From: an uncultured Nitrososphaeraceae archaeon
GTDB taxonomy: Archaea; Thermoproteota; Nitrososphaeria; Nitrososphaerales; Nitrososphaeraceae
DNA length: 64,000 bases
Direction of reading: 5' to 3'
Assembly (NCBI GenBank): GCA_963765895.1
Contig: CAVXZB010000023.1
Location: forward strand, 32,001-96,000
Shown one piece after another: positions 31,720 to 41,699 of the stretch; position 1 is the first letter of the stretch, and the number at the start of each line of letters is the position of its first letter. A model generated the notes under the pieces. The model was given only the letters and a program-made list of their open reading frames with translations, was not told where the DNA came from and did not search any database. Position numbers and translations under genes: made by a program.

Positions 31720-33148
31720 GCCTACTTATGAATTCTCCGTGACCCAGGCTTCTCTTTTCTACTTCTCCGTTTTCCATTACTACAATTCCTCTAACCATAG
31801 TCAAAACAGGCCATCCCTTCAATTCCCAACCGTCATATATAGTGTAGTCAGAATAAGACTTGAGTAGTTGTGAAGATACTCTTTTCTTTAACGCTAGATC
31901 AACGATTATGAGGTCGGCGTCTGAACCAGGTTGGATAGTACCCTTCCTTGGATAAAGGCTAAAGATCTTGGAGGTATTATAACTAGTTACTTCAGCTACT
32001 CTCTCCAAGCTAATTCTATGTTTATTAACACCATTGCTGAGAAGCACAGGAATCATAGTGGCGAGACCTGGAAACCCAGCCAACGCAGACCAGATATCCC
32101 CCTTTCCAACTTTCATTGATAGTCTGCTAGCAACATGGTCGGTACCAATAGTATCGATTTGGCCATGTCTTAACGCAGACCATAAATGGTAGAGATCGCT
32201 TTTTGATCTGATGGGCGGGACAACCTTGCCAAGTATACTATCAAAGTCCGTGCTGTGAGTAAGATAATGTGGACACGTTTCAATGTATAAACTGTTCCTT
32301 CCACCTCCCCTTTTTCGCTGTTGCAATATCGTTTCTAGAGCCCGTGCGGATCCAATATGTACAAAGTATAATTCTGAATTAAATTGTCGTGCAAATGAAG
32401 CGGCTTTAGTTATGCTTCTTATTTCAGATAAAGCCGGTCTGCATCTAGACCATGTTTCCAAGATGGGCAGGTTCTCCTGTTTGTTTTTGATTGCCCTCAT
32501 ATATTCAGCACACATCAACGGATCTTCTGCGTGAACCATTGTTAAAGAATTATTTATTTTTGCAGACATGATTATTGAAGAGAGCAATTCATCATTCACA
32601 TTTACCTCAGAGTATAGCGGTTAATCTGATCCAGGTTCAAGATCCACATAAATATGGTTTAGCTCTCCACCCAGGTTCATGTATACCTTAAAGGAATTGA
32701 TTCCAATTTTTTCTGCAAGGTATGGGATATCTTGGATCTGGGACCGATGTAGAATTGAAGCGTGAATAGAATAATCTACATAATGGTTACCCCTACTTGC
32801 TGAGAGCTGTTTTTCGATATCTGTGTAACTCCCAGTCATCCTAAGTATTCGCATCATAGTCGTTACTCCTCCTATGCAGGCTGATGCTGACTCCGTCTGT
32901 GCAGCCTCTTCTATCGGCCTATATACACCGTAGTGAACATGTGGATCTATCACACCCGGGAGCACGTATTTATCATTAGCGCTTATTATTTTAGAAGCCT
33001 GAATGTTATCAATTGACCGTTGAAGTGATTTGATTTTTCCATTCTCTATCAAGATATTCGTCTGAATGATCCCGATTTCTGGTATAACCACGCCCTTGGC
33101 GTTAGCAATTAGTGTGTCACAGACGTTTTTCATAGTACTAGTTGTCAT
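31700..33148 (-). CDS. dihydroorotase/allantoinase/hydantoinase-type cyclic amidohydrolase with in-frame TAA at 32621-32623
   Basis: PGVIDPHVH, GGVTT, SFKVYM, MVHAED, ETCPHYL, GTDH, KGTIQPGSDADL; the two ORFs share a frame. Confidence 0.88.
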
Positions 33149-33406
33149 TCATTTGTTCTATTTTGGTATTTAACAACTAGCGTGGTCACAAATCTGCCAT
33201 AGGTATCAATATAAATTCTGGCCAATAGAAAATGTCTCGAAATTGGTTAGATATTGAAAACTGTGTTAACGCTTTATGTCAACTGAGGCAGCCTTAATCG
33301 TCCTGTTTCCACCTCCTTTTTCTGCTGTTGAAGACTATCGTTCAATTTTATTAGGGGGCTCTGAACACGAAATCCAGATATAAGTGAACATTAATAGCCA
33401 TACCTG

Positions 33407-33709
33407 ATGGCTAAAGATACATCTTCGGCAGCTTCAAACACGATCCCGTTTCCAACATTAACGATTCTATACATTCCAGACAAAGCCGAATCCTTGATCG
33501 GAGAAATAGGCGAAAAGTATTGTAATATGACGACTGAGGAGTGCAAGGGATTCTTTCATGGGGGAATTCAAAGAGAATATAAGAAAATAACAATATGGAG
33601 TCAGGGAATAGATAGCCTATGGTTTAACGCCATCATAGCCAAGATAAAAGAATTAGCCAATATAGAATATGTGCCTATCGTCTCTGGAGGCATAATGTAT
33701 TCCGTCTAG
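33407..33709 (+). CDS. hypothetical protein
   Basis: 100-aa ATG ORF with plausible upstream TATA-like sequence. Confidence 0.55.
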   Translation: MAKDTSSAASNTIPFPTLTILYIPDKAESLIGEIGEKYCNMTTEECKGFFHGGIQREYKKITIWSQGIDSLWFNAIIAKIKELANIEYVPIVSGGIMYSV

Positions 33710-33895
33710 CCGTTTATTCGGTCCAAAATATTATCATGATGATCGAAATTAAAGAGTAGTCGATCTCCCAGGTTAAGTAGTCCAATAACCCGAAATAGAT
33801 CTTAATATTCAATTCCGAGTCATCGATGTTAGCGACTAGGAAAAAACTAAGAAAAGAGGCAGGTCCGTGAACAGTCTAGGAAGCCATGTTAACAT

Positions 33896-33990
33896 TAGCC
33901 CGGCCCAGATTCGAACTGGGGTCAAAGGCTCCAAAGGCCTCTATGCTTGGCCACTACATTCAGCGGTCTCTAAAATACCACTACCGGGCT
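33896..33990 (-). tRNA. tRNA-Gln(TTG) with a 22-nt intron at the D-stem (33959-33980, about position 10/11)
   Basis: Acceptor AGCCCGG/CCGGGCT, anticodon arm GAGGC-CTTTGGA-GCCTT, T-arm CCCAG-TTCGAAT-CTGGG; mature length 73 nt after intron removal. Confidence 0.9.
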
Positions 33991-34029
33991 TCCGGGCGTA
34001 TCTTGTTATAATGCGCTAACTTTATAATG

Positions 34030-35094
34030 TTACGCACAATTCCTAATGAAGGACAACAATTCCAACATAGGATCCTCCATATTATCAAGGATATGCTTCG
34101 CAATTTTTTTCTGCCTAGTTGCATAGACTTCACTTTGGAGCATCGTTCTAACTAATAACAGTAGCTCGCGAGCATTTGAAGACCGTCTTGCTAACCCTGA
34201 ACGGACAAGATATTTCTCGACATAGAAACGAAATGGAGAAATAGAAATTGTAGGCTTTCCAAGAAGCGCAGCTTCCGTGGTCATTGTACCCCCTGCTCCT
34301 ATGAAAACATCAACCGAGGAAATCAACGAGACACCGTCTACAATATTTTTTAGTACTTTTGCTTTACCTCGATATCGCTTTTCAACTTGACGAAATTGAT
34401 CCTGATATCTACAGAGAATTATAATATTCGTCGTCTGAGATAGATCGCGTATAAGCTCATCTATCATCAAGAGGCTACTATTCAACTTTCTATCCGCTAT
34501 GTAAGATGCCTTTAATTCTTCTAACCTAATCAAGATATTTTTTCTACCCTTTTCCACAGCCGAATTAGCAATCAGTTTTGTAGGTCCAGTGTTCGAATCT
34601 CTTTTTAGCCATACTACAGGATCTAGGCCTTTATACATTGTTATTAGACTACTCGAAATCCCGGAATCTCGCCATGCCGAAATAGGTATAACCCAGGGAC
34701 AAAAGAGTCGAGTTAGCAGTGGGACTGTAAGCTTTGTCACGGCAGTTGCATGAGGCGAATCGTTAAAACCTAAATGCTTAATACCAAGGCCAAAGGCAAC
34801 TCTGCCGCATTCTGGAGATGAAAATGAAATAGCAATAGATGGTTCGAATTTTTTTACCTCGTAAGCCAGCTTAAATGTTCTACTAGTGCTTGCACGAAGT
34901 TTTTCATATCTTTCTGCTCCTCCATGTCTTCCTATTATCTTAAGTTGCAGATTCTTCATGCTGGCCAATTCGACTGCTTCTCTATATTGTCTTGAAGTAC
35001 ATAGGATATCGTGCCCCTGCTCCTTTAAGTAATCTACAGCTGGCTTAAAAAACATAACCTGCTTAGGTGTTAGAATATCAAACCAGATCCTCAA
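34030..35094 (-). CDS. DUF354 family protein (GT-B fold-like)
   Basis: MRIWFDILTPKQ, IGRHGG, FSSPE, DSPHA, GAGGTMTTEAALLGKP. Confidence 0.85.
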   Translation of the reverse strand: MRIWFDILTPKQVMFFKPAVDYLKEQGHDILCTSRQYREAVELASMKNLQLKIIGRHGGAERYEKLRASTSRTFKLAYEVKKFEPSIAISFSSPECGRVAFGLGIKHLGFNDSPHATAVTKLTVPLLTRLFCPWVIPISAWRDSGISSSLITMYKGLDPVVWLKRDSNTGPTKLIANSAVEKGRKNILIRLEELKASYIADRKLNSSLLMIDELIRDLSQTTNIIILCRYQDQFRQVEKRYRGKAKVLKNIVDGVSLISSVDVFIGAGGTMTTEAALLGKPTISISPFRFYVEKYLVRSGLARRSSNARELLLLVRTMLQSEVYATRQKKIAKHILDNMEDPMLELLSFIRNCA

Positions 35095-35204
35095 TAGCAG
35101 GGTTAATACGATCTATAATGGAATAAAGTCTTTGCCTAATTTCTTTTATATATATAGTAATGCATCAATAGATAAATGCCTGCGGAAGAGGTGAGAGTAA
35201 TCAA

Positions 35205-36380
35205 TTGAGCTTTCGACAGTCATCATCATCATCGTTATCTGTCACCGTATATGGTCTCAGCACAGAAGGGTATAGAATCGCATCCTCTATTGCACTTAAG
35301 GGTTTGAAAGTATCGTTGATTGATGAATCAGCCAGAGTAGCAATAGCACTTAAGCCAGATATTGCACGTAACTATCCGAATGTGAACTCTCTGATAGATG
35401 ATGAATCCTTATTGAATCTTGAGCCGGTGGATATTGCCATTAGTACTGCTTCGTATATTTTTTTTGCCCCTAAAATTCGAAAAATAGGCCAAGATGTGAA
35501 GAGTGATGTTATGTCTAAATTAAGAGATGCCATAAAGACGTTGAGGAAGGGATCATCGTTTGTCTACACGCTACCTACGGGGATTGGGGGAAACGATGAA
35601 AATATAGCTCTTATAGAACATTTAACTGGAATGAGAGTAGGAAGTGATATAAATTATTACTATATTCCAATCTTCAGTAGTGGTTCTTCCTCACGCGATC
35701 TATTAGTAGGTTCAATCCAATCAAAGCAAGATGCACAGATGGAGCGACTGCTCCTTGATCAAGATACAGACATGAAAGTAGATTTTGTGGACGTTCTTTC
35801 TGCTGAATTTGCACACTCAATTAGAATCCTTGGACATTACGCTGGACTAGCGAGTATTCTAGAAGTATGTAAACAGGTAAACGACGTGCGCATAAGTAAC
35901 GAGTTAATGTCCAATCCTCTTAGAAATATCTATCTTGATGAAGTAGCAGATGGCTTGTACGACCTCCGCGCAATAGCAGCTTCTTTAGGTGGTGCAGGTC
36001 CGTTAATGTACCTCGTTAACGGCACGATAAAAGGGACTGAAGGATATATAAAACATCTCATAGACGAAGTTAGGGATGTCCTCAAGAAACGCGATCTTAA
36101 AGCAAGCAGAACAAAAGTCGTGATAAAATGGGGATTGGATCTAAATGAAATGAGAGGAGATAAGTTAGACTTACTGTCGTCGCTAGAATCCAAGTTGAAG
36201 GATTACATAGGTGATGTAGAATTACATAATGGACCTTCGATAGATCTGTATCCCAATGACAAGACGATTATTATTATTACATGTTCAAAAGAAGATTATG
36301 CAAAATTGGAAGATGAAGGAATTGTTAACAGCGAATGCATAATAATGAAAGCAAATCCTGTCTGCGAGATAGTTGGTTAA
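35205..36380 (+). CDS. divergent UDP-sugar (UDP-GlcNAc/ManNAc) dehydrogenase-like protein
   Basis: N-terminal Rossmann-like VTVYGL..EG, overall length and layout of nucleotide-sugar dehydrogenases, C-terminal KVVI.WG...NEMR. Confidence 0.6.
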   Translation: MSFRQSSSSSLSVTVYGLSTEGYRIASSIALKGLKVSLIDESARVAIALKPDIARNYPNVNSLIDDESLLNLEPVDIAISTASYIFFAPKIRKIGQDVKSDVMSKLRDAIKTLRKGSSFVYTLPTGIGGNDENIALIEHLTGMRVGSDINYYYIPIFSSGSSSRDLLVGSIQSKQDAQMERLLLDQDTDMKVDFVDVLSAEFAHSIRILGHYAGLASILEVCKQVNDVRISNELMSNPLRNIYLDEVADGLYDLRAIAASLGGAGPLMYLVNGTIKGTEGYIKHLIDEVRDVLKKRDLKASRTKVVIKWGLDLNEMRGDKLDLLSSLESKLKDYIGDVELHNGPSIDLYPNDKTIIIITCSKEDYAKLEDEGIVNSECIIMKANPVCEIVG

Positions 36381-36409
36381 TATTTTAAGAGTAAGCTGGG
36401 CTCAAGTCT

Positions 36410-36540
36410 ATTGTATCAAAGGAAACGTAGCATCCGTAGCCAGAGTGGAAGCAGCAATTATACTATCATAATACCAATTATCATCACGAAGTTGTCTCGA
36501 CTGAGACAGACGCGAGAATACTTACCGCTATGGCCAGATA
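36410..36540 (-). pseudogene. possible PIN/VapC-domain remnant
   Basis: Minus-strand fragment SRQLRDDNWYYDSIIAASTLATD resembles the VapC Y(F/Y)DSLIAA.AL motif; no start or full ORF. Confidence 0.35.
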
Positions 36541-36573
36541 CCGATTGATTTTTGAGCGATATAAAATTTGGAG

Positions 36574-37167
36574 TTAAGTTTGTAAACTCGCTCGTGACTT
36601 ATTCCACTTTTCTCTTTTAGAATTGTACTCTTCCCGAGAATAGGCGACTCTTGCAGGATGTCCTATAACAACCGTGTTAGCAGGAACATCCCTGGTCACG
36701 ACGGCGGCCATAGCAATTACACTGTTTTTGCCTATTCTGACTCCAGGCCTAATAACAGCTCTACTGCCTATTATTGCACCGTCTTCAACGATTACGCCTA
36801 TCATATGTGGACTCATCGGATAAGGGTCATTAGTGAAAGTAGCGCCTGGACCCACGAACACATTTTTGCCGATAGATGTTAGTGGTGGTATATATACTGA
36901 GCCTTCAATTCTAGTGTTTTCACCGATCTTAACTGAATAGTCTACATGAGTTAGAGAGCCTATCACTACGTTATCACTTATTTCGGTATCTCCACCGATA
37001 TATGCAAAATGCCAGATCTTAACATTTTTGCCAATCTTTGCATTCCTCGAAATGTAATTCGTTATCTTGTCATCATTTTTGTTATTTTTAATTGTCGAAA
37101 ATTTAGCATCGACGGAGTCATTATCTTTATCATCATTTCGATTTGCTGCATTCTGCTTCTCATTCAT
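36574..37167 (-). CDS. WbpD-like sugar N-acetyltransferase (hexapeptide repeat)
   Basis: AKIGKNVKIWHF, VFVGPGATFTNDPYP, VVTRDVP, GHPAR. Confidence 0.88.
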   Translation of the reverse strand: MNEKQNAANRNDDKDNDSVDAKFSTIKNNKNDDKITNYISRNAKIGKNVKIWHFAYIGGDTEISDNVVIGSLTHVDYSVKIGENTRIEGSVYIPPLTSIGKNVFVGPGATFTNDPYPMSPHMIGVIVEDGAIIGSRAVIRPGVRIGKNSVIAMAAVVTRDVPANTVVIGHPARVAYSREEYNSKREKWNKSRASLQT

Positions 37168-37246
37168 TTCCTAGCCATATCCTAATTGTACCATGTATTA
37201 TATCTTTGATCATTCACGTGTTTTCATTTAATACTTATCGCTGCTC

Positions 37247-37534
37247 TTAGAGATGCCACGGTCGTGCCTTATGCAGTATGTCAATAGGGATCACGTCCCG
37301 CCACTTTTGCAGAAATTCTATATCCTTTTGCTTGTCACGTAATTCATCAGGTAACATAATTGGGATCTGCTCAATAATTGGGTAAAACCGAGTACATTTG
37401 TCGCAGTATAATATTCCCATGTTAATGGTTTCATCGCTTGTACGTTCATCTTCACTTACGCTGATCTCAAATAAAACTAACGGATAATGTTTATCAATCG
37501 GACATGCTAGGATATTCAGCATTGATTTTTTCAA
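37247..37534 (-). CDS. Trm112 family methyltransferase activator
   Basis: LNILACPIDK...GILYCDKCTRFYPI...IPIMLP. Confidence 0.92.
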   Translation of the reverse strand: MKKSMLNILACPIDKHYPLVLFEISVSEDERTSDETINMGILYCDKCTRFYPIIEQIPIMLPDELRDKQKDIEFLQKWRDVIPIDILHKARPWHL

Positions 37535-37539
37535 TTTGC

Positions 37540-38506
37540 CTATCTCAAATCCATGTAAATTGGGGAGCCAGTGTTGCTAGATAAAAGGGCTCGCCTCTGC
37601 CACGCGCGTAACATTAACTGCGTCTATAGCAGAAGCCAAAGGTGTGCTTTTTTCTCCACTAATAGCAGATAGGAAACTCCTCAATTCTAATGTAAGAGGT
37701 TCCTGAAAATGATGCCTTCTAGGTATCAGAGTAGCATCCCCGTGATCTATCTTGATCTCCTGTGTAATAAAATCGCCCGTAATTATACCTTCGGTACAAA
37801 CAGCGCTGAACATTCTTACCTTTTTTGGTGTAATCCAGTTAGAAGCTATAATCGCAACCTTCTGATTAGCGAATCCTAACATTATGGTAGCAAAGTCCTC
37901 ATAGGAATGGAATTTCTTTCCTGCTCTCGCAAAAACCATATCTGGAGTGCCGTTAAATAGAAACATCGCGGTGTCAATATCATGGACTGAGGTATCGTAG
38001 ATTATGCCAACGTCCCTTATATGCAGTGGCATCCTATTTTCTCGATGAAATTCCATCATTATAAGGTCACCGTATTGTTTTCTATCTATTATTTGCTTAA
38101 AATCCTGCACTGCTGGATTAAAACGCTCTATATAGCCTGATGTGAGAATAACACCCTTCTTACCTGCTGCGGATACCATCTCTTCACACTCCATAGTAGA
38201 AAAGGATAAGGGCTTCTCAACGAAAATGTTTATGCCACTTTCTATAACCTTTTTTGCTACTACAGAGTGAGTTTTAGTAGGTGTACATATAATACATGCA
38301 TCCAAAGAGCGTTCCTCTTGAAGTAACTCATCAACTGAGAGATACAGGTTGGTATTATAAAGATCTGCAATTTTTTTTGATCGACCTGCATCTGCGTCAC
38401 AAATGGCAGATAGTACTCCAATATCATGTAGAACCCGAGCATGATTTTTGCCCCAGCCTCCAACTCCTATTACAGCTACTTTAAGGTCCCTATTGCTCCC
38501 TACCAT
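37540..38506 (-). CDS. Gfo/Idh/MocA oxidoreductase (WbpB-like); 1-nt insertion at about 37591
   Basis: IGVGGWGKNH, VEKPL, GYIERFNP, VHDID; repaired C-terminus AEAALLSSNTGSPIYMDLR*. Confidence 0.9.
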
Positions 38507-39417
38507 ACTGACGTTAGCCACTTTTCATACTGCCCAATCTGTCCTGTAACTACTTTCGAATAGGTTTCTCTAATTCTTCTCGTTACAGGTCCCTCCCTGC
38601 CGCTACTTATAACATGGCGATCGACGCTCACTATTGCCGTGATTTCAGCTGCAGTGCCAGTCAAAAAGAGTTCGTCTGCAAAATATAATTCTGTTCTTGG
38701 AATTGGTCGTTCAACTACTTCATAACCTAGGCCTTTTGCAATAGTGATCGTTGTATCGCGGGTAATGCCTTCTAAGGCAGAGCTCCCAATATGAGGCGTG
38801 TAAATAATATTATTTCGTATGACAAAAATATTTTCGCCAGCTGCTTCACTTACATTTCCTTCTCTATCGAGAAGTATTGATTCGTCATAACCATTATTTT
38901 TACTCTCTTGAGTCGCTAGGATCGAATTAAGGTAATTTCCTGCCGCCTTTGACATGGGAGGGGTAGAAGTATCATGGATCCTTCGCCAAGAAGAAATGCA
39001 TGTGTGAATGCCCTCAGAGTTAAAGTATTTGGCAAACGGAAATACGATTATTACTACGTGTGTCGGGGAAGAATTAGTAATATTAAGGTCGATTCCATGT
39101 AGGCCAACAAATGTCAATGGACGTATATAGCACGATTCTTTAATGTTACTCCTTCTCAGTAGATCTATAGTTGCATTACAAAGATCATCTGCGCTGTATT
39201 TCACCAAAAAGGAATAGACGTTCGCCGACCTGTGTAGTCGCTGCATATGCTCTCGGAGCCTAAATACAAAGAGATTTTTCTCAGTAGCATATCCTCGTAT
39301 TCCCTCGAATACCGCGGTGCCATAATGCAGGGCATGAGCTGTGACGGGGATTTTGGCTTCTTCCCATTTCAAAAAATTTCCGTCAAACCAGATAAGCTCC
39401 GCTCCTTTAGTTTTCAT
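38500..39417 (-). CDS. ilvE: branched-chain amino acid aminotransferase
   Basis: HALHYGTAVFEGIR, KAAGNYLNS, EAAGENIF, LEGITR, GTAAEI. Confidence 0.95.
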   Translation of the reverse strand: MKTKGAELIWFDGNFLKWEEAKIPVTAHALHYGTAVFEGIRGYATEKNLFVFRLREHMQRLHRSANVYSFLVKYSADDLCNATIDLLRRSNIKESCYIRPLTFVGLHGIDLNITNSSPTHVVIIVFPFAKYFNSEGIHTCISSWRRIHDTSTPPMSKAAGNYLNSILATQESKNNGYDESILLDREGNVSEAAGENIFVIRNNIIYTPHIGSSALEGITRDTTITIAKGLGYEVVERPIPRTELYFADELFLTGTAAEITAIVSVDRHVISSGREGPVTRRIRETYSKVVTGQIGQYEKWLTSVW

Positions 39418-39453
39418 CCAGAGCAAATTTCATTTGTGCACTATAAATATCTT

Positions 39454-40089
39454 CTAACTAAAGCACAACCCTTCTCTTGGGAATTTCATACCCATTATTT
39501 TGATTGTATGGTCAGGACAATTCGCAAAGCGCTCTACGATTATCCAGTTGTCCTTGATAATATTAGCCACCTTGAAGGGAACCATATCCTCCCAATTATG
39601 CCTCACTTTATAATTGCTTGAATTACCAGTTTTGGCTTGGCGGTAAAGCGATTCTTTCACATTTGAAGCTGAAATATCCAGTCGCTTGGTTTGGGTGGGA
39701 TGCATTAAATAAAACCTCAACATTAGCCGTTCAGCTGTATCGCCAGTATATGATATAAAACGATTTTCTTTAACATTTTCAAGTATCTTCTTCCTAAGTC
39801 TCCAAGAGAATGGCGAAATTAAAGGCGGAAAGTACTTTATGAAAGGGGATTCAAACGAATAACTGGGCAATACAACTATACCCATGTCATCGAAAATCGA
39901 TTCTATCATGGCTTTTCTAATGTGATAGGGAAATGGAAAGCTTCGTGTAGTGATTTCCCTCCCGTTCTTTAAGAATATTACTGGCAACACGTAAACATTG
40001 TAACCTTTGTTTAGTGATAGAATGATTTCCTCATGAGCATTTGTTAGTGGGTTTAAATGTGCAAGAAGAATAACTGCAGAGTTTTTCAT
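39454..40089 (-). CDS. HIGH-superfamily nucleotidyltransferase-like protein
   Basis: AHLNPLTNAH (HxxH-like), ISASNVK, WEDMVP as in NMNAT/CoaD-type enzymes. Confidence 0.7.
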   Translation of the reverse strand: MKNSAVILLAHLNPLTNAHEEIILSLNKGYNVYVLPVIFLKNGREITTRSFPFPYHIRKAMIESIFDDMGIVVLPSYSFESPFIKYFPPLISPFSWRLRKKILENVKENRFISYTGDTAERLMLRFYLMHPTQTKRLDISASNVKESLYRQAKTGNSSNYKVRHNWEDMVPFKVANIIKDNWIIVERFANCPDHTIKIMGMKFPREGLCFS

Positions 40090-40140
40090 CAGATATTACA
40101 AAAATTAAGGTTATAAAACAAAAAGTGCCGAAGTAAGCGA

Positions 40141-40560
40141 TTAAGAGCTTCTCTTTATTTCAATTTCTATGGTAGAGACGTTTCTAGTTCTGCCATCCTC
40201 TGACTGAACCGTCTCGGAGCCAATTCTTACTTCGCCTACCTTGTAACCGGCGTTTTCCATCCTCTTCAATATTATCTGAGAGACATCGACTGCTCGTCCT
40301 ATGCTTAGGCCTCGCGCTTTGATCGTTACATATGGTTGATTGGCCAATTGAATCAGAGTAGACGTAACATACGCCATCAATGGTTTTTTGCCAATATATA
40401 TCGCATCACGTGGTGCATCTCTAAAGAACTGTTGATTTTGTTGTGGTTGTTGTGATTGTGGTTGTTGTGATTGTGGTTGTTGTGATTGTGGTTGTTGTGA
40501 TTGTGGTTGTTGTGATTGTGGTTGTTGTGATTGTGGTTGTTGTGATTGTGGTTCCGACAT
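40141..40560 (-). CDS. albA: DNA/RNA-binding protein Alba with Gln/Pro/Ser-rich N-terminal extension
   Basis: IYIGKKPLMAYV, IKARGLSIGRAVDV, NVSTIEI. Confidence 0.95.
   Translation of the reverse strand: MSEPQSQQPQSQQPQSQQPQSQQPQSQQPQSQQPQSQQPQQNQQFFRDAPRDAIYIGKKPLMAYVTSTLIQLANQPYVTIKARGLSIGRAVDVSQIILKRMENAGYKVGEVRIGSETVQSEDGRTRNVSTIEIEIKRSS
40441..40553. repeat. perfect 15-bp tandem repeat (TTGTGGTTGTTGTGA x7.5) encoding (SQQPQ)7 in Alba
   Basis: Seven identical units plus 8 nt, read directly. Confidence 0.97.
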
Positions 40561-40766
40561 AAGGATGGTAAACACCTCAGGATATTTAAATCTAGAAGAT
40601 CTGACGAATTAGCATACCTGTGATCTGTAGACAAGTCTGATTGTCTCGACTCTCTGTGGTAAAAAGTTGCATTTATAGATATTGCAATAGTCACTAATCA
40701 CAGTTTCAAAGGTTGAAAAATAGATGAATATTTTCTAATGCATATGGAATCTATTGAAAATTGCAA

Positions 40767-40840
40767 TGGGACCGGCCGGATTCGAACCAGCGATCTCCAG
40801 CGCCCGAGGCTGGCATCATACCAAGCTAGACAACGGCCCC
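40767..40840 (-). tRNA. tRNA-Pro(CGG)
   Basis: GGGGCCG/CGGTCCC acceptor, CCAGC-CTCGGGC-GCTGG anticodon arm, GCTGG-TTCGAAT-CCGGC T-arm; TTTATAAT upstream. Confidence 0.95.
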
Positions 40841-41178
40841 CTTTAGAAAAATATTCAAGCCTCTATTATAAACTAAAAACTCATTGACAGAAATTAGAGA
40901 CCTGATCCTTTTCTGGTGGAAGGAGTGATGCAGGTGTAATAGGTGCAGGATTGAATATTGATACAAGTCAGGGAATTTCTAATAGCCTACCGTTACTTCG
41001 CTTTGAGGACTAATCGATAAAAACAACCAAATATTGATGTCAATATGACTTTTGGTACCAGTATTAAATTATTCTGATTTCAGATACCAGAACAAACTGC
41101 GCTACGCTTGACGCTCGGATTGAAATAATACAATAGTACATCTCAGGACTATGCTATATGCTCTAGTCTGTTTAGTAA

Positions 41179-41520
41179 TTAGACGCCTGCTAACTTTATG
41201 CTACCGTAAATACATGCATGACGAAGAGATCCTATTTCTTCCGATCTATGCTCTCGAAGTTCTATGACGTATCCGCTTTGTGAATGATAGTAAATTACCA
41301 TATTTTTGGGGTAAAAAGACAGCATATTGTGATTAGCATAATCCGAAGCCATATGGGGCAGATGGACTGTTTCCCAAGAAAACAGTTTATCGATGTCCCC
41401 ATCAAAATGGTATACGCTTCCACACGGACATTCAGCATCTCTCCAATCAGACCTAACATTCTGCAGCCAGTGACAGTTATTAGGCGAATGACTTGGTACT
41501 TCCTGCCTGGCGGACAACAT
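41179..41520 (-). CDS. hypothetical protein, His/Cys-rich (CPCG motif)
   Basis: ATG at 41520; MLSARQEVPSHSPNNCHW...ECPCGSVYHF. Confidence 0.45.
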   Translation of the reverse strand: MLSARQEVPSHSPNNCHWLQNVRSDWRDAECPCGSVYHFDGDIDKLFSWETVHLPHMASDYANHNMLSFYPKNMVIYYHSQSGYVIELREHRSEEIGSLRHACIYGSIKLAGV

Positions 41521-41699
41521 TTCTAAGGGGAATTTTATTATATTTATTATTGTTGGCTCATGCTTAGAAGATATAATTTGAATATTCTCATAGGCATTAG
41601 AATTATTCAGTTTTAGATCACAGACTAACATCTTGTCCTGCTTCTTAATCAAGCCCCTGGTTTTACACGAATCCTTATTTGAAAAAGAATAGATCGAAT

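Noticed and set aside
32621-32623. Selenocysteine or pyrrolysine read-through
   Set aside because: The stop is TAA, not TGA or TAG
40441-40553. Possible CRISPR array (also considered for 44750-44870 and 52180-52244)
   Set aside because: Units are directly adjacent with no unique spacers, and no cas genes are present; these are simple tandem repeats
40377-40694. His/Asn-repeat ORF (NHNHN)n
   Set aside because: Alternative frame of the Alba repeat; the Alba frame has the canonical domain
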